Below are positions 8,857-20,245 of a stretch of 39,606 nucleotides of DNA, one piece after another; position 1 is the stretch's first letter; the number at the start of each line of letters is the position of its first letter. The stretch spans positions 1 through 39,606 of the forward strand of contig LVLI01000120.1 in NCBI GenBank assembly GCA_001687465.1, in the 5' to 3' direction. A program made the position numbers and the translations under genes. The DNA is from Halocafeteria seosinensis. Its lineage: Eukaryota. The notes under the pieces are model-generated. The model did not search any database. It was not told where the DNA came from and worked only from the letters and a program-made list of their open reading frames with translations.

Positions 8857-11687
8857 GATGCGCTGGCGCTTCGAAGCCTTGAAGGAGGTGGTGACGTTGT
8901 TCTATGGAGTAAAGATTTCACCACTAGTTCACGTGAATTTTGACAAAGTCACCGGTCCAAATTGGACCGTCCAATCATTGTACTTGGTATACTAGTGCGT
9001 TCCCTACGCGAAAGCATGGCGTCTGTTCTACAAAGATTGTTAGTTGTTCTTCAACGACTGTCATGCGCTGAGCGCATCGCTTAGCGCATGAGTCATGGCT
9101 CATGACACATTCCCACGGGCCGCCAAGGGGTACAATGTACTACAAATAGTCTACAGTCCCCAATGAAATGACAACCAAAAGTTGGCCCGATTACTCATCG
9201 TTTGCCTCTCCGTACCACTGCTTTCGCCTCCAAAGAACGCTGGCAAAGCTCCAATTTCCATCATTCCTCATGACGACTCGTTGACAACTCGATGACGAGC
9301 CCAAAATGCCGCAATGCCCGATGACGAGCTTATATAGTAGCAGTTACCATCGGGGGTTGTTTGGTCACCAATTAATGCCTCGTATATGGTATGCTATTGC
9401 CTTAGGCTTAAAGTGAGTATTTTTTTTGTTACCATAGAGAAGGGTTTAGGGCCATTTCCTTTGTCCTAAGGCACGTAGAGCGAGTCCCCTGCGCACTCTT
9501 CTGCAATTTGCGCCTCAATGCATCTAAAATTTAATATCGACTAAGCGCTTATTTACAGGGTTGCAAAGTATTGTAATAAGGTGTCTTCGACGACAATGTG
9601 ATCCTGGAAATCCGGATCACGTTTGAGGTCTCCGAAAGAGGTACGCCAACACAGGAGTTACACTACGGGTAGTGAAGGTTGATGCACAGTATCGTCATCA
9701 ATGAAGAGAGACTGATAATATCTTGCCATTCGGTAATCTCGAGGAAGTTCCGTATGCATACTTAGGGCAGCTCTTACTGAAGAATACGTGTATCTCTACG
9801 AATTCCTGCACAAGCTGGAACTGAGATGTCCACTTATCACCAGTCTTGCGCTTGGGCCGAGGTCCTTCATCTGCTCGTCCATTGAAGGGGGCTATTATAC
9901 GACGGTCACTGGAATCGTACCGTATGAGTTTAAGTTGACCTTCATGGGGACGTCAAGGGACGGGAGGCTGGAGTACGCGAACTTAAGAGCCAGGGCGTTT
10001 ACAACCATCTCAGTGGAAAACACGTTTTCTCACATGAGAAACGGGGTGGATAAGACTCCCACACAAGCTATGTATGCCGACCGTAGAATGTGTCTTCTCC
10101 TGGATGGCTTAAGAGCTCTTGCGAAGTTGAGTATAACGTCTCTCAAGAAACGTTGTCTACCCGGTGAAAGCGGCCTCACCCAAAGACCAAGTAGACATTA
10201 ACCATATAATGGAAGTAATTCGGGAAGGGAACAAGACGGCAGCTCTCAAATTAGGTTTGCTTGACGGGAATTCTAGACTCAAGCGTCACGGAGAACGTCT
10301 GAAGCATTGAGTCCTTTCACGGGAGAAAAGAGCAGACTCCACGAGAGGGTGTACTTCAAAGGAAAGACCTGGGAGTTCCACAACCGCATCTAGCTGGATG
10401 ATGTCAATCAACCAGCCAGCTGAAATTCTCTACAGTGCAGAAGAGGTTGTGGCGTTCTGGTCACAAAACAGGGATCCCTTTTGGCTAGCCCGGCTCAATC
10501 AGAGCCTATCCCATCCATGCTACAAAGACGTCAATGTTTCATGGCTGGAAGCGCGAGATGGCTACACAGATGACGGTGTTACACCTTTACTTTAAGTCAG
10601 AACACGGACTTCGTTTCACCATCCTCATACTGTAAATAGATTCCGTCATGGTGCATGTCGAAAAGAGTGACCCAGATCGTGAGTTGTGTGGGTCATTCGG
10701 TATGCTCTTGGACAGAGCAAGTATACTTGCATTGAATGCATGGTTCAAGATGCAATTGAATTGAGACGCAGAGCGCGAAGAGACGCCGAAAGCGGAAGTG
10801 TTGACCAGGGTCCAAAGCGTGTGGAATTGCCCGCTTCCTCAGAGAAGAGGCGCCGACAACCTACACTGTACATGTTAGGGGAGTGGGGTGTAATCCCGGT
10901 AAGCTCTAATTGTCTCGTGGATGACGAGGGTGTCCTGGTAGTTCCACACCCACTGGCGTATCAGGAGTCTTATCCTCGGGCACTTGCGCTTTCAGCAATG
11001 GCTTCGTCCACAAGAATTTGTAGTCTGTGGCACTCTTTGTGTGTGCCCGTATTCAGGCGGCTCGACAGTGTGCTGATCCATTTTTGCAAATTATATTGAT
11101 TACACACCGCTCATCTTTTTACCGATGTATGCTCGTGGCGCTGACGATTTGAGTATACTGTGTGTATTAGTGTTGCTCCTACCAGTACTACTCCAGGTTT
11201 GTAACCGAACTTCCAGCCTCCAAGTTGTAGGAGATGACTTACACTGGTTGATGCGCCACAACGTGAAGATGCTGGACCGGTTCCGGGGAGGGTTCACCCC
11301 TCACACGGCGTAGCGTAGCCTGTAACAGACACGTCTTCCGATAGGCGCAATACCAATACATACGTGTACACGTTGTACATTGTAAGGCCAGAGAGGAGAC
11401 GAAGCCATTTTCACTGGCTGGGAACCGGAAGACCTTCGGTCAATTCTTCGCAGGGTAAATCAACAAGCGCAAAATGGAAGTACGGAAATAGCCATCATGT
11501 GCCCCCCATGCTGCTGAACTTAGGGTTTACTGTAATTCTTACGTCAAAAGGTTCGACTGAAACTCAACTTCACACTTCCTCGGTTGTGTACGTAGTTACT
11601 ATGAGACGCATCCACACATTGTTAGCGTGGATGCTCTCGTCGTTCATCGTTGATGAGATACTGTAGATGCGCAGTGGATAGTGGAAA

Positions 11688-12470
11688 ATGCCACCACGAA
11701 CACGCAGGATGTCGAGGAAATGCTCTCCGGCGACTTTTTTGCAAGGTCTTCGGAGGGAACTCGCGCTCCCACAGACTCTTTCCAAGGAGACCCATGCCCA
11801 CACCGACACGAGTCGGCCGGAATCTGGTCCTTCGTCCTGTTCGATTCGGCTTTCCTCTGAAGGTCGACTCTCGGATGAACACATTGCATGGGAACTTCAT
11901 GCAAGTGGGGAACTGTCGTTTACTCCAGGAATTACGGATTACGATTCCCCGTATGATGAAGAGCAGCAGGAAGATGTGGAGAGGCATGCGATGGATATTC
12001 ATGATGTACGCTTTGTTCAGCAAGTGGTCACTCAGGACATGATTAGACGAGTAGGGCCTCCGCCGCGGCCAACACGGGGAGCCTCCTCGAGGAGCCAATT
12101 TGAATGGGCCAAGATGTTGGCGTTAGAATCCATACAGCAACTTTACTCATACTGTCAGACTCATAACCGAGATGCAAAGAGCCGTGACATGGATCTTTCC
12201 TGGTTGGAAAGTGTATCAGATCGACTGGTAAGTGTTCTCCGACGGAATCAACTCGAGTTCTCAGAGCATCAGTGGAGCATTGATAACTATACTCTAGGAC
12301 AAATGGACCAGCTCTACCTTTTGTCTTTTCTTGTTGGAGCACCAAAAAGTATAGCACACTTTCTTGGGTCCACTTTCCAGTATGTTCAGAGGAATCTCAA
12401 GGGTGAGACACTGCGAGCGTCTCGAGGAAGGCGACAGGCTCAATCCGCTATCGTACTGAATGGATTTTAG
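11688..12470 (+). CDS. Hypothetical protein (260 aa), possibly part of a decayed longer gene
   Basis: ATG-initiated ORF with protein-like composition and no recognisable motif. Confidence 0.35.
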   Translation: MPPRTRRMSRKCSPATFLQGLRRELALPQTLSKETHAHTDTSRPESGPSSCSIRLSSEGRLSDEHIAWELHASGELSFTPGITDYDSPYDEEQQEDVERHAMDIHDVRFVQQVVTQDMIRRVGPPPRPTRGASSRSQFEWAKMLALESIQQLYSYCQTHNRDAKSRDMDLSWLESVSDRLVSVLRRNQLEFSEHQWSIDNYTLGQMDQLYLLSFLVGAPKSIAHFLGSTFQYVQRNLKGETLRASRGRRQAQSAIVLNGF

Positions 12471-13019
12471 GAGCTCGATACGCGCAGTGTTCATCGAGTG
12501 CAGAATATACTTATCGTTGTTTCGACGTGGTTGATGACTCCTTTCGTGATTACAACTGGCCTTCGGCAGCGGCTTGTGCAGCGGAGTTGAGAACTTAACT
12601 GACAACTCATCACTGGCAAGTATCTGGTATCCTACGAAGGTAATACCCCATGGAATGTTTTGGCTGAAATGCGTGCGCCGGCATATAGAAGATGCAATAT
12701 CACACTTTTCTTCAAGTGGAATAACGTGTTTCTCGTGGAAAAGGCTCCTATCGTGTGCGCGTGTTCAAGAAGCACTCTTCAGGTCATTCGGTTACAGGAA
12801 TAGACGCACGACCACCGTCTTCGCATCGCAAATAACCCGTTTGGGAGGTGGGCCCGGAAGAGCGTACTCTAACCTCGCATCTGAACTGCAAAAATAGAGC
12901 CAACCATTGCACGAAAAGGGACAAGGCGCATCGATAGCCTGTGGACTTCACCAAACGTAACCGAAACAGGAGGACGCGTGTCTTGCCATCAAAGTTTTTC
13001 AACCAGCGAGTGCGCCGCA

Positions 13020-16000
13020 ATGATGGGAGCATCGAAACTCAAATGGGTAACCATAATGCTGCTGTATTTGCTATGGTCCCCGGTTTCTGCAGTGTCTCCA
13101 CCCGAAGAGAACGACGAGTTGGAGGGGGCAGCAGCGGGGAGCTGGGGAGAGGATCAAGAGGTCCAGGGACGTTCTTCAAAGTACACACCCGGTACACTTT
13201 TTCTGAGGCAGTCAATTTATCTTAAAGATGTAGATACTAACATGCAGACGCGTAGGCAGTTGGAAGAAACAAGTGGGGCTGCGATGCATCGGCCGTCACC
13301 GTTTTCATTTCTCGACGAAGAAGCTCACCCACGGAATCTGTTTGCAACGTCGGCTATGCCTCAGTGGATGGAAGGAGTTGTGATAGCGATCCTAGCGAGC
13401 AGCGTAATGGGACTCATCAGGTGTTTATGGGAATATATGAAGACTTACCACTATCGCAAAAGGAGGCCCTTCTCGTTTCGTGTTTCCAAGGAGCTGGGGT
13501 TGGATTCCACAACATACGCTTTGCCGGAATCAACTACTCACCGTCCAGACCGGTTCCATTTTTACCTTGAAATGAATTTACAGCTGCTAGTTATCCAACA
13601 TGAGCAGCAGAATGTTTACGAATCGTTGTTGTCGTATTTTCATACGAACAGTGCCCGTGTTAGGCATATTTGCCCCGGGATCCGTCGGCACCCGCTGACC
13701 CTTCGCTTGCGATATTTGGCTTCTTCCTTCGCGACAGTGTTGCAACGTACAAGCAGTGACAATGCCGATCAAAGTGGAGCAGTTCCAAATGAGTGGCTCA
13801 TCGATCACCAATTTGTGATCCAGCGGGGAGAGTGGATTCAGGCCTTTTTCTGTTTGGGCAGGACGCTCGATCCGACCCACCTTGAGGTGCATGCATACCT
13901 CAATCTAAAACGTAACGTCTTCAGAGAATGGTGCGATATGATCGCTCGTTCTGAAAGCTACCGTCAGATTGTAAGACTGGCATGTCCTCCTTTGTCTGTA
14001 GAGGCAGGGTTTGGAGCGCATTCCGTAGACCCTGATTATGTGCCGGTGGATATCACATGGAGCGATATGGAGACCGCTTGGATAGACCTGATTGGGGAAG
14101 AGAATATTGATCTTTCACTTATTAAAGTGGAGCCAAACGTTGCATGTCCTGTCGAATTCACGGCAGGAGCGACCGACCAAGTGGATCGACGGCGTGAACA
14201 GCGGAGTTTCGAACCGCTCAAGCTTTCCGAGTTCAGGCAAACCAATTATGGATTCCGCTTAACTGCTGGCGCATTGCTTAGAGCTTCCACTGAAGGTGTA
14301 TTCAACAGATTTTGTATGAAGGCTACTGTTCCCAGTAATAGGCTTCCTCAGCTTACTGACTGCCTGTCGTGCGAATTACATGTATCTTCATGGGATCAAC
14401 GTTTGCTCAAGGCGGCCGAATATCGTGAACGGCTACGTCTCTGGTGTAGCGACCAAAATCGTCAGGATGTCATTCGTTCAATTGGGGTTCCGCAGGCATG
14501 GCTAAATCTCCCTCAAATTAACAGCGTAAACACCAGTCTTGCGTCAGAAGAATCCGGCTTGACATGGAAGGCCGGTGAGCAGTGTTTCTGGGAAGGCTTG
14601 TTCTCATTCTCCAATGTGTTTGTGGTCCTCTGCGAAAGCAGTCCAATTGAATTTAGTCATGGGCCGGATAGCAGTCGCATCTGTGTAAACCAACTGGTTG
14701 GCTCTTCGCACGAGAGAAGCGTTCGTCCAACTGAGGCAACCCTATATAATCGCAACATTGGAGACACATGTTTGGTTCGCTTCAATTTCGAACTCATTTG
14801 CACTGAGAATCTTCATTACGGGATAGAACACCACCGAACATTAACGCTTGGTCCTATTAAATCGAATGTGGCTTTGGACTGGACCGGCCTACCGCCGTTG
14901 CACAAACGCGATTGCTTACATACGCTCTACCAGAGTTGGACACTGGCTAGTTTGTTCAACTGCGCATCACATTCTCCGGGTGTAGGAACGGCGTTAAGCG
15001 AGTGTTATCAGACTCTAACGCTGCATGTCGACGCACCGAAGAACAATGGCAATGACGTTGAAGCGGCACAGTTGCTTCCTCCTGGAAACCTGTGGCACCT
15101 GTTTGAAGGGCCTGCAGGTGTAGGTAAGACGACTCTTTTCAAATGTTTTGCGCAATTATGGTCCTCTGGTGCAAATCATATTGGAGAAAAACTGAGGGAT
15201 AACTTTTCGTGGGTAATATTCATCCAGCTTTACCACTTGATGTATATTGAAGAGACTGACGGACACAGCGCCCTTGCAAGTCTTCTATCTATGAGCTACA
15301 TGAAATTAATGAAAACCAGCTTTGGTGAGACCAGCGGGTCCGTGAAAATAACCCCAGATGAAGCAGATCGCATTTTGCGACACTTGCAGAACCAAAGCGA
15401 CAGCGTTCTGTTGTAGTAGGGGATAATCTGTTTGTTCCAGGCTCCTTGGGTAGCAAGGTATTTGATGTACTGTGTCAGATGGGGAAAAGTGTCTTTTTAT
15501 CTTCGCGTTTCTCCAGTCATGTGGCAGTGCAAGATCCGGAAGGATCACCTGTAGTTAACCAATATGTTAGTCGCCTTGTCCAGGTAGAGGGTCTGAAATC
15601 TGATGCACGTAAGCGGTTTGTAGAACAGTGTTATGTCGAGAGAAAAGATCGAATGCGGCTGTGTCGAACAGTGCAGCTTGCATTTCGACTCAGTGATCCC
15701 CTAGGAAGCTTGAGTGCCAATCCCACTATGTTGCAAGCTATTTGCTCTGCATGTTTGGAGGACCAACGGAAATGTCCTGAACCGACATTCAAAGATATCC
15801 GCATTGCTCCAATATATAGTAGAACGGTAGAGCATTTACTGGATAAATGGCGTAGATCATTCGTGTTTTCTCCCGCGGAGGATCCTGGTGAGGTTCCCAG
15901 AAAGATTTTTGAGGAGTTAGCGGCGCGACCTGAAATCGAGCATCATTCGGATAGACATGTCCCCTTGAAAGTGCTACGAGAGATTTTTGAGAGGTACCGA

Positions 16001-19000
16001 GAGGAGTTCCAGGGACCATTTAGAGGCATTCGAGGGGCTAGTGAATTTTTCGAGGAAGTGGGCTTGCTCCAGATTGTATCCAGCAGTGGTGATTTGAACC
16101 AACCCTATGAATTCATCCACAGTTCCTATTGGGAGTACTTTTTGGCCCTTCACAAATCCTCCAAATTTCTCTCCGCTAGTGATGATGAAAAGAGACAGCT
16201 TATTGACGACGTTTCCAGAAAAGGGGACCGGTTCCTAAAGTTTCTCGTCAGTATAGTTAGCGAACGTCACTGGCCCAACTTGGCCGGATCTTGGCTTCCG
16301 TATCTACACGACTGCTTGTGGGACGGCGACGAAGAGCCGGATGGTCGTGGGCCTCACCGGTTTATGGAGCTTTTGCTCGAGTTAGAGCCTGCTACATTGG
16401 AGATGATATCACTTGAGGATATTTCACGCAGGTCAGCTACCAACTTCCGGTCACTGACCTTTGCTGCAGGTGTAACGGGCAGCCTTCGTCTCATTTACTG
16501 GGTTAGATCACATGCACCCGGCGTAGAATTAAATCAAGTTGCACTTGCCGGAGCTGTGAGAGGGCAACGGTTTGATTGCTGTAGGGCTATATTGAGCAAC
16601 CTAACAACTAATTTTGATGAGGTGGAGGAATTTCCATGGTCGGCTATTTTTATAGCCTCGTACAATGGCTTTGCTAACTGCTTGCGTTTGTTGCTTACTG
16701 ATGTCCTATGCTCGGATAGCCCAATTCCTGAGTGCGTAAAGAAAGAATCTATAAGAGCGGCAACGGACTATAAACATCACCAGTGCGTCTCGCTGCTCTT
16801 GGTATGGTGTGATGGTATGATTGAGGGTATCCATCAACGCATCTCGGATGAGGCCTGGTGGGTGGCATTGAATCCAAGTGACCGAGTGGAAGCTGCGAGC
16901 CAGCAACTAGGCTGTTGGAACGGCCTGTTGGAAGCACTAAACGAGCAGGATGTTGAACACTTGTGGGACCTGAATGATGAAGGAAAGGACACAAGCTTGC
17001 GGTTTTCAAGAGGGAGAAATGCTCTTTATTACTCCCCTGTGTGGATTGCGGTTGTCTTAGACGTGCCGTATATGATATTACCGTTGTATGTGTGCGGTGC
17101 GATGGTTGATGAGTGTCAAACTTATCAGACTGTAAGACGCATGCTCCGGGAAGTCGCCACGTTAACCTCTCAAGACCGTGCATATTGGACTGAGATGGCA
17201 GGATGTATGACCGTGAATACTGTACTTACTCCCTACGTACTAGCCTGTAGTTTGGGGAGGGTCCAATGCATGGATGCCCTTGAACAAGCCAACGTAAACC
17301 TCCAGGACGATGTTAGCCTGACCTTTGGCCCGCTTCGCGCGACCGTACGATCAGGGCATCTTAAATGTGTAAAGCATATTCTTGACTCCCATGAACATGT
17401 CAGTAATGATATGATTGAAGAAGCTGTCCAATTCGATCAGCGGAACATACTGGAGCTTTTGCTACAGCGTACGCAGGAGAGTCTAGTGTATCTTTGTGAC
17501 TCTTGCTTTGATTTGTGTTTGAAGCATGATAGCGCAGACTGTCTCGAAGTATTGCAGTGGAGAGATTTGAGTTTGGATGCCGAGGGAAAAGTAAATGTCG
17601 TTGGACGAGAGTCACGATTGACAATGGGTAGCGTCTTTGTAGCCTCGAAATATGGTTCCAAACGTGTGACAGAGAACGCGCTGAGGAGACTGAATGCAAC
17701 CGTATCGCTGACAACGGAAGCAGGTCAATACCCTCTGTTGTTCCTGGGGGCATTGAATGGTCGTGCTGAATTTATGAGATATCTCATGGATCGGCACTCA
17801 GTGGATGTGCATGAGCAGGCAGGTCAAGGGGAGAATTTGGCGTTTGTTTCCGCATTAAGTGGCAATGTTCGTTGCCTGGAACAACTTCCATCCGACGTGG
17901 ACCTGACGGCACAGACTTCATATGGCTTGCAGCCCATTCACGCTGCTTGTCTAATCCCCTCCCTAGACTGCATAAAGTTTTTCTTCAGCCACACGTACAA
18001 TGGAATGGGTTTAACGCAGCTCAAAGCTCACCGAGATTGGTTCAGCGTTCCGGATACCGTCTCCCTACCCGGGCAATTGACGGAGCACATTGTTCATGAA
18101 GCCCACAGGAGCAAACTAGATATGATCCAGGTGTCGGGAGAATCAATAATAAATAATCTGTTTAAAGCAATCTGCTCTTGGGGTGATTTTGATGTGTTAG
18201 ATGTGCGGTGTTGCAATATGCCTGGTATTACAAACCGCGCCTTTGGCCACATGCATCAGCTGGCACGACTAAGGAGCCTGGATATGAGCATGTGTAATAG
18301 CTTAAGTATCTCAGACGATGCCTTTCGGCATATCGGTCAATTAAGCCTACTTCGAACACTGAAGATGTCAGGTTGTAATCAGTCGACGGTGACGGACAAT
18401 GCGTTTCGACATATCAGTCGATTATCCCAGCTTCAAACACTTAGCATGTCGGGCTGCAGTCAGTCAACCATTACAGATGCTGCGTTTCAACATATTGGGC
18501 AGCTATCTGACTTGCAAGTGTTGGCAGTTGATATGTGCAATCAGTCTACTATTACAGATCAGGCGATCCGATATATTGTTGATGCAATTCCATTGGCGCC
18601 GATACAAACGCTGGATTTGTCTCATTGTAATCAACCCACTATCACGGATAATGGATTCCGATATATCAGCCATTTGTCTGAATTGGAGAAACTCAACATG
18701 AAGGGATGCAATCAACATGCAATTTCGAATGCTGCTTTCCAGCATATAGCGCAATTACCCAGGTTGCGTACACTTAACATGTGGCAATGCAATCAATCGA
18801 GCATATCCGATGGCGCTTTTAGACACGTCGGTAGAGCGTCCCAGTTGGACAACCTCGGAATTAGAGTATGCAATCAGCCCACTATCAAGTCTGATGCCTT
18901 CAGGTATATTGCCAAATTATCTCACTTGCAAACGTTGGATATGCGAGTATGCAATCAAACTACAATTAAAGATGATGCTTTTGAACACATTTCCCGAATT

Positions 19001-19684
19001 CCGGTACTGCGCAGACTGGACATTGCTCATTGTAATCAAGAGGAGGTTTCGAATCAAGCATTTCAAGAAATCGGTCGACTTTCTAATTTGGCGATGTTGA
19101 ATATGGAAGGGTGCAATCAAACTACCATTAGTGATAGAGCATTTGAACATATTCGCAATTTGTCGCAATTCCATCAGCTGCAGACATTGGATATACAATG
19201 GTGTAATCAAACCACCATTACAGATATGGCATTTCGCCACATTGGACAATTGTCGCAGTTGCAGCGGTTGCACATCAGGTGGTGTAGTCAATCTACAATT
19301 ACTGATGAAGCGTTTCGACATATTGGCCACATGTCCCAGTTAAAAACGTTGGATATGAGATTGTGCAGGCAACCGACTATCACAGACTGTGCATTTGCTC
19401 ACGTGGCGCGACTATCTCAGCTGCAAACCTTGGATATGCAGCTATGTAACCAAACCTCAATTACAGATGATGCGTTCCGTAACATTGCTCACTTGTCTCA
19501 GTTGCGGACATTAAATATGAGAGATTGCAATCAATCTACCGTTACGGACGGTGCCTTTAGGCATATTGGTCGGTTAACACAGTTGCGGAAACTGGATATG
19601 AGGGGTTGCAGTCAACCTACCCTTACCAGCGATGCGTTTCAGCATGTCAGAGGCCTACCCCATTTGGAAATCCAATGCTATTAA
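13020..19684 (+). CDS. NLR-like STAND protein: signal peptide - TM - unknown ~500 aa - NACHT - ankyrin repeats - 18 LRRs; one -1 frameshift at ~15411-15413
   Basis: SP MMGASKLKWVTIMLLYLLWSPVSA. TM VVIAILASSVMGLI followed by RKRR. Walker A GPAGVGKT (15108-15131). Walker B-like VLL|VVGD across the frameshift. FLSSR, NPTMLQAIC and YEFIHSSYWEYFLA. Ankyrin-like helices at ~16450-17990 and LRRs at 18179-19660. Confidence 0.85.
18179..19660 (+). repeat. Coding tandem array of 18 LRRs, mostly 27 aa (81 nt): LxxLxxLxMxxCNQxTITDxAFxHIxx
   Basis: Counted from the translation; two units carry 3-aa insertions. Confidence 0.93.
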
Positions 19685-19974
19685 TACCAGTTAGCCAATG
19701 GTTGAACCTTTCGCTGTCAAATTCGTCGAAGATAGGTCATTTGTTCAGTCTAAGGACTCTCATATCATTGTAGTTTCACACCGGATCGCAGCGAAACGGG
19801 GCAAAATTCGAACTCCAATAATTCTATTGATATTAGCTACCCAACAGCAACCAGCGTGCAGAAACAAATAAAACACATAGACGGTTGGTGTCGAGGATGT
19901 TTTGCACTCAATTTGTTCAACACCTTGTACCTCGTACGAAGGATTTGTGAATTATACTACAAATAGGTAGCTTC

Positions 19975-20094
19975 TAGTGTTTTCGGATTCCTCTTCATAA
20001 ATAATAGTGTTTCCGCATTCCTCTTCACTATAAATAGTGTTTTCGGACTGCTCTTCACTATAAAAAGTGTTTTCGGACTTCTCTTCCCTACAAA
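19975..20094. repeat. Minisatellite, 4 x 30 bp (tagtgttttcggaytnctcttcactataaa)
   Basis: Units start at 19975, 20005, 20035 and 20065, contiguous with no spacers. Confidence 0.9.
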
Positions 20095-20245
20095 CACCAC
20101 CAACAGGATCAAATGGCAGTTCAAGAGAAATGAAATCGACGCGGCTTGTCCCGACCGGTTTCTTGAGGAAAAGGCCATTGTCGCGGTAGTTCTACTGCTT
20201 ATCATTTTTCAATACCACCTACTGTTTTACTTGATTCAGAGAAAG

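Noticed and set aside
15413..15440. A 28-nt GT..AG intron repairing the NLR frameshift
   Set aside because: Splicing gives TTG CTC CTT GGG TAG, an immediate stop, and it is much shorter than the other introns in the window.
19975..20094. 30-bp repeats as a CRISPR array
   Set aside because: The units are contiguous with no unique spacers, there are no cas genes and the context is eukaryotic. It is a minisatellite.
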